Assembly (NCBI GenBank): GCA_024679065.1
Contig: JAGIQG010000014.1
Location: 30,690,001-30,754,000, forward strand
DNA length: 64,000 nucleotides
Direction: 5' to 3'
Origin: Sphyrna mokarran
Taxonomy: Eukaryota
Part shown: positions 1 to 9,430 of the stretch, one piece after another
Layout: every line of letters starts with the position of its first letter
How positions within the stretch are numbered: position 1 is the first letter of the stretch
Program-made: the position numbers and the translations under genes
Notes under the pieces: model-generated
Seen by the model: the letters and a program-made list of their open reading frames with translations, nothing else
What the model was told of the DNA's origin: nothing
Databases searched by the model: none

Positions 1-208
1 TGCGTGGATTTTGTCCAGGTGCTTTGGTTTCCTCCGACAGTCCAAAGATGTGTGGGTTAGGTTGTTTGGCCATGCTAAATTGATCCGTGTGTCAGGGGAT
101 TAACAGGATAAGTATATGAGGTTATGGGAATAGATCTTAGGTAGGATTGTGGTTGGTGAAGATTCAATTGATTGAATGGCCTCCTCCTGCATTACAGGGA
201 TTCTATGA
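1..208 (+). mobile_element. HE1-like V-SINE, cut by window edge
   Basis: V-domain core (GGTTTCCTCC..CAGTCCAAAGATGTG..GTTAGG..GGCCATGCTAAATTG) and CR1-type tail GAATGGCCTCCT..GGGATTCTATGA. Confidence 0.85.
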
Positions 209-227
209 TAATTGAACCTCTACCACT

Positions 228-352
228 CTGGCAACATCTGTTAGGAGAGAAAATAGCTGACATTTAGAATCCAAATGCCCTTTGTCAAAGCTTTTTCCAG
301 CATTTTCTCTTTTGGTTTCAGATTCCAGCATTCGCAGTAATTTGTTTTTATC
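228..352. mobile_element. Penelope-like terminal remnant
   Basis: TCTGGCAACATCTG..GAGAGAAA and TTCCAGCATTTTCT..CAGATTCCAGCATTCGCAGT; related piece at 13040-13140. Confidence 0.4.
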
Positions 353-359
353 TCTGCAG

Positions 360-2010
360 CTCTGCCTATTTGCCCTACTCCCTTGTCCGTTGATTCCTTC
401 AGTGTCCAAAAATTTATTGATCTTCATCTTGAATATACAGAACAACTGAGCATTCACAACTTTCTGAGGTAAGAATTTCAAAGATTCACAGTGGTTTGAG
501 TGAATTAATTACTAATCTCACTCCTCATATAATGCTACGACTCCTAGTTCTATACTCCCCAGTCAGGGAAAATTGCCTCTGAACATCTATTCTGTCAAGC
601 CCCTTAAGAATTGTATATGTTTCAATAGTTCACTTTCCCCTTATTTTACACTTTTCTATATTTTGTTCAGTCTCTCATTGGACTACAGTTTTTTCACAAG
701 AATTGAAACTTGGAAACTTCCACGTTAGCTGCTTTAAAGCAAATATATCCTTCCTTCAATAAGAACAAAACTGTACTTAATAAAATCCTATCTATATATC
801 TACAGCAAGATTTCCTTAATCTTACTCTAATCTTGCCCTGCAATAAAAATTAGTGTATTGTTACGACACAGAAGTTGGTCCTTATTTGGGAAGCCATGCC
901 GAATCCCCTGAAGAGGAATATCTTGCATCATAATCTGTTAAGTGTTTGGGAAGGTATGAACTGTTCTTCATTAATGTTTAGAGGTTAATTAACAAAAATA
1001 TCTAACACTTACAATTAACAATTTATTTATTTAACTAACAGGAAAGTTTAAACAAGTAACGTACCGACTAAAAGAAGATTCTACTGGAATGCTGTTCGAA
1101 TAAATACAATGTCTGTTCGTTAACAAAGAATTTAGTCAGTCTTTAAAAAATACACAACCTTTGTGTATTTTTGTGTCTTTGGGAACCTTCTGGAGTTCTT
1201 CTGTTGATTCTGCAGTCTGTAAGCTCTTTCTATTTGGTACCCCTCATTAGATAGATGATGAGTTCTCTTAAGAGGACTCTAGGCTAGAGGCCTAGCTCTC
1301 TAGGCCTAGAGGCTCTCAAAGCCTCTCTAGGCTTTGAGCAATGGCAGTCCTTCAGTTGAACTGCAGGCAGCCAGTTGATCTCCTCTTTATAACTGTGATA
1401 ACCTATCAATTTTCTTATAGCAAGATTGGTCTGATGTTGTCAACAACTACAAATTCAAATTTGATAGGTACCTGACAGCTGAGTGCCTTCTTTAAACAGA
1501 TAGGCTGGATTCAAAATTTAAAAATCTGCAAAGTATTTTACCAAGCCAACTTTGATGCTTGGTCTTTGCTGCAAATATTGCAGTCTGTATGCACCTGCAT
1601 TTTAAACGTCCAAGCGTTGTACATAAAATCAGCTTTCAAAGAGACCTCACTTCACAAACTCAACTTTGCAACAATGTATTTTGCTTTTCTAATTGCCGAC
1701 TGGACCAAAATATTAATTTTCTGTAATTCATGTTCAAGGAGCCCCAAAATCCCTCCAAATCCAAACATTAACTAGTCTCTCAGATTTATTCCGCATTTCA
1801 ATCCTTCCTACTAAAGCTGGCATTTTCACATTTCGCCACATTATACTCAATTTGCCATCTATGGCTCACTTATTTCATCTGTCCATATTTCCTTTTAGAA
1901 ATTTACGCATCTACCTCATAATTACTCCCTGGTTTAGGTTTGTATTATCATCAAGCTTGGGTACTTTACCCTCAGTCCCTTCATCTAATCCATTGAGTTG
2001 GATTGTAAAT
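360..2010 (-). mobile_element. Old CR1 ORF2 3' remnant split by a solo LTR
   Basis: Antisense CR1 RT/C-terminal motifs on both sides of 859-1673 (e.g. CACATTTCGCCACATTATACTCAATTTGCCA, antisense of the WQMxYNVxKCE motif). Confidence 0.55.
859..1673 (-). mobile_element. Solo LTR
   Basis: TGTTAC...GCAACA termini; 6-bp flanks GTGTAT/ATGTAT; minus strand has CCAAT (~1425), TATAAA (~1388), AATAAA (~1024) in LTR order. Confidence 0.6.
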
Positions 2011-2049
2011 TTTTAAGCACTTAGTCACCAAGAATCTTCTCGCTGATCC

Positions 2050-2180
2050 TCAGTTTGGGTTCTATCAAGACCATTCATTACCAGAACTCATTACAGTTTT
2101 GGTCAAACATGGAAAAAATTGCTGAATTCCAGAGGTGAGATAAGACTGACTGTTTTTGACGTCAAGGCAGGATTTGACTG
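2050..2180 (+). mobile_element. CR1-group RT fragment
   Basis: Decayed QFGF..ELITVLVK..W..LNSRGEIRLTVFDVKAGFD. Confidence 0.55.
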
Positions 2181-2189
2181 AAAGAGGAC

Positions 2190-2560
2190 ACAGACAATAA
2201 AGGTTTGGATGACCTCAAGTTTATAGAGTGTAGATTGTGGGAGCCAGCCAGCAACGTTGGAATAATCAAGTGTAACAAAGACATGGACGAGGGCTCCAAC
2301 AGCTGTGCTGAAGATGAACTGTGATGGAGCAGAGCCAAATAATCTATAAGATGGAAAAAGTTTGTCTTAGTGGTGGCCCTGATATGTGTTCAGTCGTTCA
2401 CCTTGAGACCAAATTTAAAACCAATTTTGCCAATAGTCTAGTTCAGCCTCATGCGTGGATAGAAAGATAGCCAAGGAATGGAGTTCATGGCACAGACCAA
2501 AGAAGGCTTTGATCTTCCCCATTTGGGGAAATTTCTGCTTATCCCAGATTAGGCTAGTGC
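2190..2560 (-). mobile_element. L2-like LINE remnant
   Basis: Highly decayed antisense L2-type ORF2 C-terminal sequence. Confidence 0.35.
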
Positions 2561-2569
2561 AATGATTGT

Positions 2570-2880
2570 CATAGAATCTCTACAGTGCAGAAGGAGGCCA
2601 TTCAGTCTATCGGGTCAGCACAATCCCACCCTGACACTATTCCCATAAACCAACATATTTATCCTGTTAATCTTTTGACATTAAATCAATTTAGCATGGC
2701 CATTCAACCTAACCTGCACATCTTTGGACTGTGGGAGGAAACCAGAGCACCCAGAGGAGACTTATGCAATCAAACGGAGAATGTGCAAACTCCTCAGAGA
2801 CATTGGCCTGAGGCCGGAATTGAAGCCGGGTCCTGGCATCGTGAGGTAGCAGTGCTAAGTACTGTGCCACCATGCAGCCC
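2570..2880 (-). mobile_element. HE1-like V-SINE
   Basis: Antisense tRNA-like head, V core and tail. Confidence 0.85.
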
Positions 2881-3011
2881 TTTGTTGGAAACTGTGACCT
2901 CAGTCATCAGATGAGCATGTTGTGCTCTACTGGTGCCCAGTGCATCCATCCCACTGTGATATGCTAGCCTATAATGAGAGGTGCTAATTTCTGTGCTGGT
3001 GCCTGTAACAA

Positions 3012-3157
3012 TGATGTGAAGATGCCAGCATTGGACTAGGATAAACAAAGTAAGAATTCTCACAACAGCAGATTCAAGTCCAACAGGTTTATTTGGTAGC
3101 TAGTGGCTTGTGCTACCAAATAAACCTCTTGAACTTTAACTTGGTGTTGTGAGGTCT
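3012..3157. mobile_element. Penelope-like inverted terminal remnant
   Basis: GATGTGAAGATGCCAGCATTGGACT terminus; imperfect hairpin CAACAGGTTTATTTGGTAGC/GCTACCAAATAAACCTCTTG. Confidence 0.65.
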
Positions 3158-3844
3158 GTAACAAAGCAGACAGTAATGCAGTGCATGCTTATTCACACTC
3201 TTCCTACTGCTCCTCTGGGTTAGGGCAGGGGGTTGGGACGGGATACCCAAGTGACTGATGCTCATCTTGAATTAGCTCCAGGGGTATGAAGTAGATCTTG
3301 AGATTAAAGCTGGAATGATTAGTATGCGGTGCAAGTAGATACTCTAGTAGGTTATATGTGATGAAATTATGTGGAGCTTTTGAGATTGAGAATGGTTTTG
3401 GCTGATTCATGATCAGAAGTAATTAATGTATCTGAAGAAAACTCAGTCAATATGCCACCTGTTTTGCTTCTGGCCATAGCATTGCCCACATCCTTCATGG
3501 GGTCAATGCTAACTTTACTCCCCTTAGGACAGTACTTGACACAGACCTGTTGCTGCCACCTTTTGTGTGCTATATTTTCACGGAAGTGAAAGAATAGTGA
3601 TTACGAATGAACTTATTGATAGATATATTTGACTGTGTGATGTCCCACATTTGAAAACCTGTGAGGTGCGTCTAAACTATGAACGGTATATGTGAAGGAT
3701 GCAATAGTGTAGGCATGTTTGTCAGTATATAATTAGGTGGTAAGTGGTGTGTTGAGATTGTGGTGCAGTTATTTAGAAATATGTTTGCGACGGAGTCTTA
3801 CCTTGACTACTTATAGAATCCCTACAATACAGAAGATAGTCCAG

Positions 3845-5805
3845 AGGAAGATACAGCATAGGAACAGGCCCTTTGGCTCTCCAAGCCTGCACTGACTATG
3901 CTGCTCAATTGAACTAATGCTCACTATACTCAAGAGAGCATATCCCTCTATTCCATTTATTTGTCAATATGCCCCTTAAAAGTCACTACGTATCTGCTTC
4001 CATTAACTCCCCTGGCAGCGAGTTCCAGGCACCCACCCTTTCTGTACTTGCCTCGTATATCTCCTTTAAACTTAGCTTCTCACAGCTTAAACCTATGCCT
4101 CCTAGTAATTGACTCTCCACCCTGAGAAAAAAGCTTCTGATTATTTACTCTATCCATGCCCCATATAATTTTGTAGAATCCTATCAGATTGTCCCTCAAC
4201 CTCCATCATTCCAGTGAGAACAAAGCAACTTTCTCTAACTTCTCCTCATAGGTAATGGCCAGGCCATTATCTTTTCTGTTCTCTCTCCAAAGTCTCCACA
4301 TCTTTCTGGTAGTGTAGCAGCCAGAATTGAACACAATATTCCAAGTGCAGTCTAACTACAGTTCTATAAACCTGCAACGTGACTTGCCAATTTTTAAGCT
4401 CAGTGCCCTGGCTGACGAAGACAAGCATGCCATATGTCTTCTTGAGTACCTTCTCCACTTGCATAGCCACTTTGTGAGTGACTTGTGTACTGTACACCCA
4501 GATCCCTCTGCCTATCAATATTCTTAGAGTTCTGCCCTTTACTGTATATTTGCCAACTGTATTAGAACTTCCAAAATTAATTACCTCACATTTGTCTGCA
4601 TTAAACTCCACCTGCCATTTCTTCATCCAAGTCTCCAACTGACCTATATCCTCTGACGGCCTTTAATGTTGCAGTTGTATAGAACATTGGTTAGACCTCA
4701 TTTGGAATACTGTGTCCAGTTCTGGTCGCCTTACTACTGGAAGGACGTGGAGACTCTGGAGAGAGTGCAGAGGAGGTTTACCAGACTGCTGCCTGGTATG
4801 GAAGGTCTGAGTTACAAGGAGAGGTTAGGCAAATTGGGGCTGTTTTCCTTAGAAAGATGTAGACCTAGAGGAGATCTAATAGAGGTGTACAAGATTTTGA
4901 AGGATATAGATAGAGTAAACAGTGTTAAGCTTTTTCCTAGGTTGGACTCAGATATCACGAGGTGTCACGGGCTTAGGTGAGGGGAGTAAGTTATAATTTG
5001 GATGCTGGAGGGAGTTTTTTCACACAGAGGGTTGTCGGGGTATGGAACGCACTGCCAAGTAAAGTGGTGAAGGCAGGCACTCTGGAGTTATTTAATAGAT
5101 ACTTAGATGGGCACATGAACAGAATGGGAATGGAGGGATATAGAAAACTGATTTAAAATAGGGATCATGAGCCTTGGGAGTTCCCTGGGACGAGTGTAAA
5201 TTGTCAATGATATTGATGTATTTGTTTTATCCTACAGGTACTTCAGTCCATCTTGTTGTCTAACAAGGGGCATACACGTGATGGGTCGTGAGAGGGCTGC
5301 TCTTGGATTTTTCGAGAGTAGCCTAGTGCTTCACGTCGTTAGTGTACGCTTAAACTGGACCAGTTGATGGGCAACATGACAACTCAGTGACTATCACTGT
5401 GCTGTGCAGGTATTTGGATTTGGGCCTGTGTCTGTGGGAGTTTGCACATTCTTCCTGTGCTTGCGTGGGTTTTCTCCGGGTGCTCCGGTTTCCTCCCACA
5501 CCCCAAAGATGTGCTCTTAGGCTGATTGGCATAACAAATTCTCCCTAAATTGTCTTGCAAATTTGGTTCCAATGCATAGATCTATAAACATAGACAGGAA
5601 TCATGGATAGAAGTGGAAACATTGAGGTGGCGGCACAGGCTCGTTGGGCCAAAGGGCCTGTTTCCCATGCTGTTTTATTTTGTTCTTTGTTCTTTGTCCT
5701 TATCTGCAAATCCAGCAATCTTTGTGTCATCCACAAACTTGATAATTAAAACAATTACATTTTCCTCCAAATCATTTATAAAATTACAAATAGCCACTGG
5801 CCCCA
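3845..5805 (-). mobile_element. CR1 3' portion interrupted by the element at 4655-5697
   Basis: ORF 4267-4638(-) WQVEFNADKCEV..HLEYCVQFW; antisense tail at ~3850-3890; RT sequence resumes at 5698. Confidence 0.8.
4655..5697 (+). mobile_element. 5'-truncated CR1 with long chimeric 3' UTR (structured module + V-SINE), copy 1
   Basis: ORF 4666-4980 LYRTLVRPHLEYCVQFWSP; about 540-nt UTR ending GGGCCAAAGGGCCTGTTTCC..(TTCTTTG)n; colinear with 53712-54748. Confidence 0.85.
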
Positions 5806-6078
5806 CAACAACAATCCTCCCCAGGCCTTATATCTCTAATGCCACATATCCATGTACTTACCCTACTAATCACTAAAACGAGGGGACAATTTAGCATGGC
5901 AGATCAGCCAGACCTGCATATCTTTGGATTGTGGCAGGAAGCCAGTGCACCCAGAGGAAACCCACACAGGCATAGGGAGAATTTGCAAACTCCACACACA
6001 AACTCATCCAAGGAATTGAACCCAGATCCCTAGTGCTGTGTGACAGCAGAGCTAACGACTGTGCCATGGTGTTGCCCC
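5806..6078 (-). mobile_element. HE1-like V-SINE
   Basis: Antisense V core and head. Confidence 0.8.
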
Positions 6079-6289
6079 TAAAAATTAACCAACCATCAAA
6101 AAGGCAACTGCGCTTAAATTGGGTACTATTTGATCTGCAATTAAATGCCCAACCATTGAGCTATACCCTCTCCAGGCAAGTCATTACATTTCTTGAGGCA
6201 TGAAAGCCATATCTTGTGCTAGAGAAATCTCCTCTCTCATGTTTTGTAAGTAGCCTTTGTGGCCTCCTGCTGCTCACCTGTCTACCGTC

Positions 6290-6530
6290 TTTGATTTGAC
6301 TTAATTTATTATTGTCACATGCATTAACGTACAGTGAAAAGTATTATTTCTTGTGCGTTATACAGACAAAACATACTGTTCATAGAGAAGAAAACGAGAG
6401 AGTGCAGAAAGTAGTGTTACAGTCATAGTTAGAGTGTAGAGAAAGATCAATTTAATGCAAGGTAAGTCCATTCAGAAGTCTGACAGCAGCAGGGAAGAAG
6501 TTGTTTTTGAGTCATTTGGTATATGACCTA
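6290..6530 (-). mobile_element. Rex1-like LINE 3' end
   Basis: Matches 3' UTR of the Rex1-like copies at 17820, 26140 and 34570. Confidence 0.7.
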
Positions 6531-7227
6531 ACCTCAGGGAACCTGAGTGCTCTCTCCATCCAGGTTCTCAAACATCATGACTTCTCTGTTGGCTTCTTTC
6601 ATGTTGACTTCTCTCCCACTCGGCACACTCTATACGTATAGTGGAAATTAGGAAGTGCAAGTTATATATAAAGTTCAAGGAAATCTGCATCTAATAAGTG
6701 TATGAGTGATAAACCTTTAGAAATTCCAGGATTGCATGCTAAATTCACAATTTCAAACAACCGTTTATTATTGTTTCAATATTCATTTGATGCCTGTTTT
6801 AATCCTTTGGGAAAAATAACCTTTCCATTTCTACAGTGTTGGTAATTTATATGTAATGGACCTGCCTCAGCACTCAGCGTTCCTGTTGCAGTTGATTCAC
6901 TGATGTCAAGTAGAGTGAATGAAAGAATTGAAGTGTCATTAACATGTCAATCAACTGCTCTTTGTGTACAGACACATCACTTCTAGAAAGTATCTCCTCC
7001 TCTTTGGGAGCATCTGAAAGATTTTGGAATGAGCCAGCTTTGGAATTACTCTTTTATTATTGCCTGAACATATGTAAGTGAATTGAAGGTTCCCTTGGAG
7101 TTTGGATTTCAAAGTCTTCGTAATATTTGTGAGAAATGATGTCATGCCCAATAATGAGGTTTGCACTGCAGGCACCATTGTTGTTTCCAGATTTTTTTTT
7201 TCTCTCCTGCAAATTAAAGTAACAGTG

Positions 7228-8151
7228 ATGGCAGTGCAGGTAGTACATTGCACCTCCTGCGGTATGTATGAGGTGAGGGACACCAGTAGTGTTCCTGCTG
7301 ATTATACCTGCAGGAAGTGTGCACATTTGCAGCTCCTTGAGGATCGTGTTAAGGAGCTGGAGCTGGAATTAGAGGAGCTCAGGGTAATTCGAGAGGTTGA
7401 GGAGGATATAGGCAGGAGTAACAAAGAGATTGTAACTCCTATAAGTGATAATTGGGTAACTATTAGGAGGAGGGGTAAGAAGCAATCGGGGAGACAATCC
7501 CCTGGGGCTGTTCCCCTCCAAAACAAATTTTCTGTCTTGGAGGCTACAGTTGAGGAAGAATCAACTGGAGCTGACCAAAGGGAGCAGGTCTCTGGGGGTG
7601 AGACTGCTGAGAATGCTCAGGTGGGTGGGGGGAATAAGAGATTAGGCCTAGTTATAGGAGACTCCATAGTTAGAGGGACAGATAGGAGGGTAAATAGTAA
7701 TAAACAGGACTCAGGGCTGGTGTGTTGCCTCCCAGGGGCTGGGGTCCAGGATGTTGCAGATCGGGTTTTTAGGATTCTTAAGGGTGAGGGGAGTCAGCCC
7801 CAAGTCATTGTTCATGTGGGGACACATGATGTAGGTAGGACAAGGGAAGGGGATATTAAACAGAAATTTATGGAGTTAGGGTGGAAGCTTAGGTCCATAA
7901 CAGGCAGAGTGGTTATCTCTGGACTCTTGCCTGTGCCAAGAGATAGTTTAGAGATGAACAGAGAAAGGGATAGTTTGAACTCATGGCTGCGTGGATGGTG
8001 CAGGAGGGAGGGGTTCAGGTTCCTTAACAATTGGGACTCATTCTGGGATAGGTGGGACCTCTTCAAGAGAGATGGTCTACACCTGAACCAGAGGGGGACT
8101 AATATCTTGGGGGGAAAATTTGCTAAGGCTATGATGGGGGCTTTAAACTGA
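7228..8151 (+). CDS. CR1 ORF1p: CxxC..CxxC zinc finger, leucine zipper, SGNH/GDSL esterase (307 aa)
   Basis: ATG 7228 MAVQVVHCTSC..CRKC, LQLLEDRVKELELELEEL, IGDS, CLPGA, HVGTHD, DGLHLN; open to TGA. Confidence 0.9.
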   Translation: MAVQVVHCTSCGMYEVRDTSSVPADYTCRKCAHLQLLEDRVKELELELEELRVIREVEEDIGRSNKEIVTPISDNWVTIRRRGKKQSGRQSPGAVPLQNKFSVLEATVEEESTGADQREQVSGGETAENAQVGGGNKRLGLVIGDSIVRGTDRRVNSNKQDSGLVCCLPGAGVQDVADRVFRILKGEGSQPQVIVHVGTHDVGRTREGDIKQKFMELGWKLRSITGRVVISGLLPVPRDSLEMNRERDSLNSWLRGWCRREGFRFLNNWDSFWDRWDLFKRDGLHLNQRGTNILGGKFAKAMMGALN

Positions 8152-8251
8152 TTCGGGGGGGGGTGGGATCCTAAGTAGTTGGGGTGCCGAGAGGGATGAG
8201 AGTAAGGGGGTTATAGAGGAGAGTTGTAAAACACAGCGGCGTACGGGTGGG

Positions 8252-9430
8252 GTGGGGCATGGTTTGAGATGCGTATACTTTAATGCAAGGAGTATTCGCA
8301 ATAAGGGGGAGGAACTTGCAGCTTGGACCAGTACCTGGAACTTCGATGTTGTGGCCATTTCAGAGACTTGGGTAGAGCAGGGACAGGAATGGATGTTGCA
8401 GGTTCCGGGGTACAAATGCTTTAGTCGGAGTAGAGAAGGGGGTAGAAGGGGGGGAGGAGTGGCGTTACTGGTCAAAGACTGTATCACGGTGATCGAAAAG
8501 AAGTTTGATGAGGACTTGTCTGTTGAGGTAGTATGGGCTGAGATTAGAAACAGGAGAGGAGAGGTCACCCTGTTGGGAGTCTTTTACAGACCTCCTAATA
8601 GTTCTAGAGAGGTTGAGGAAAGGATTGCGAAGTCAATTCTGATTAGGAGTGAAAGTAGTAGGGTAATTGTGATGGGGGACTTTAACTTTGCTAATATTGA
8701 TTGGAATAGCTATAGCTCTAGCTCGTTAGAGGGGTCAGTTTTCGTACAGAGTGTGCAGGAAGGTTTTTTGACTCAGTATGTAGATAGGCCAACTAGAGGT
8801 GAGGCTACATTGGATTTGGTGCTGGGCAATGAGCCAGACCAGGTGTTAGGCTTGGAAGTTAGTGAACATTTTGGTGATAGTGACCACAATTCGGTTACGT
8901 TCACCTTAGTGATGGATAGGGATAGGCATGAAGCTGGGGGCAGTAGTTATAGCTGGGGGAAGGGTAATTATGAGGCCATCAGGAGAGAATTAGGGTGCAT
9001 AGATTGGACTAGGAAACTACAGGGACTGGGAACATCTGGAATGTGGTGCTTATTCAAGGAGCAGCTGCTGCGAGTCCTTGATAAGTATGTCCCTGTCAGG
9101 CAGGGAGGAAATGGACGAGTAAGAGAGCCTTGGTGTACGAAAAGAGTTGATTTGCTGGTTAAGAAGAAAAAGGAGGCTTATGTCAGGATGAGGCTTGAAG
9201 GCTCAGGTAGTGCAATGGATAGCTATAGATTAGCTAGGAAGGAGGTAAAAAGTGAATTGAGGAGAGCTAAGAGGGGACACGAGAAGATGTTGGCTGATAG
9301 GATTAAGGAGAATCCTAAAGCTTTCTTTCGATATGTTAAGAATAGAAGATTGGTTAGGGCAAGATTAGGGCCAGTCATAGACAGCAGTGGAAGTTGTGCG
9401 TGGAGCCTGAAGAGATTGGTGAGGCACTGA
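8252..9430 (+). CDS. CR1 ORF2p N-part: AP endonuclease and linker (frame open from 8147; frameshift at ~9390)
   Basis: YFNARS, ISETW, YRPP, GDFN, LDLVL, SDH motifs. Confidence 0.88.
   Translation: MGHGLRCVYFNARSIRNKGEELAAWTSTWNFDVVAISETWVEQGQEWMLQVPGYKCFSRSREGGRRGGGVALLVKDCITVIEKKFDEDLSVEVVWAEIRNRRGEVTLLGVFYRPPNSSREVEERIAKSILIRSESSRVIVMGDFNFANIDWNSYSSSSLEGSVFVQSVQEGFLTQYVDRPTRGEATLDLVLGNEPDQVLGLEVSEHFGDSDHNSVTFTLVMDRDRHEAGGSSYSWGKGNYEAIRRELGCIDWTRKLQGLGTSGMWCLFKEQLLRVLDKYVPVRQGGNGRVREPWCTKRVDLLVKKKKEAYVRMRLEGSGSAMDSYRLARKEVKSELRRAKRGHEKMLADRIKENPKAFFRYVKNRRLVRARLGPVIDSSGSCAWSLKRLVRH

Noticed and set aside
7102-7227. N-terminal extension of ORF1 from TTG 7102
   Set aside because: Lies in flank and T-tract; the zinc-finger protein plausibly starts at ATG 7228
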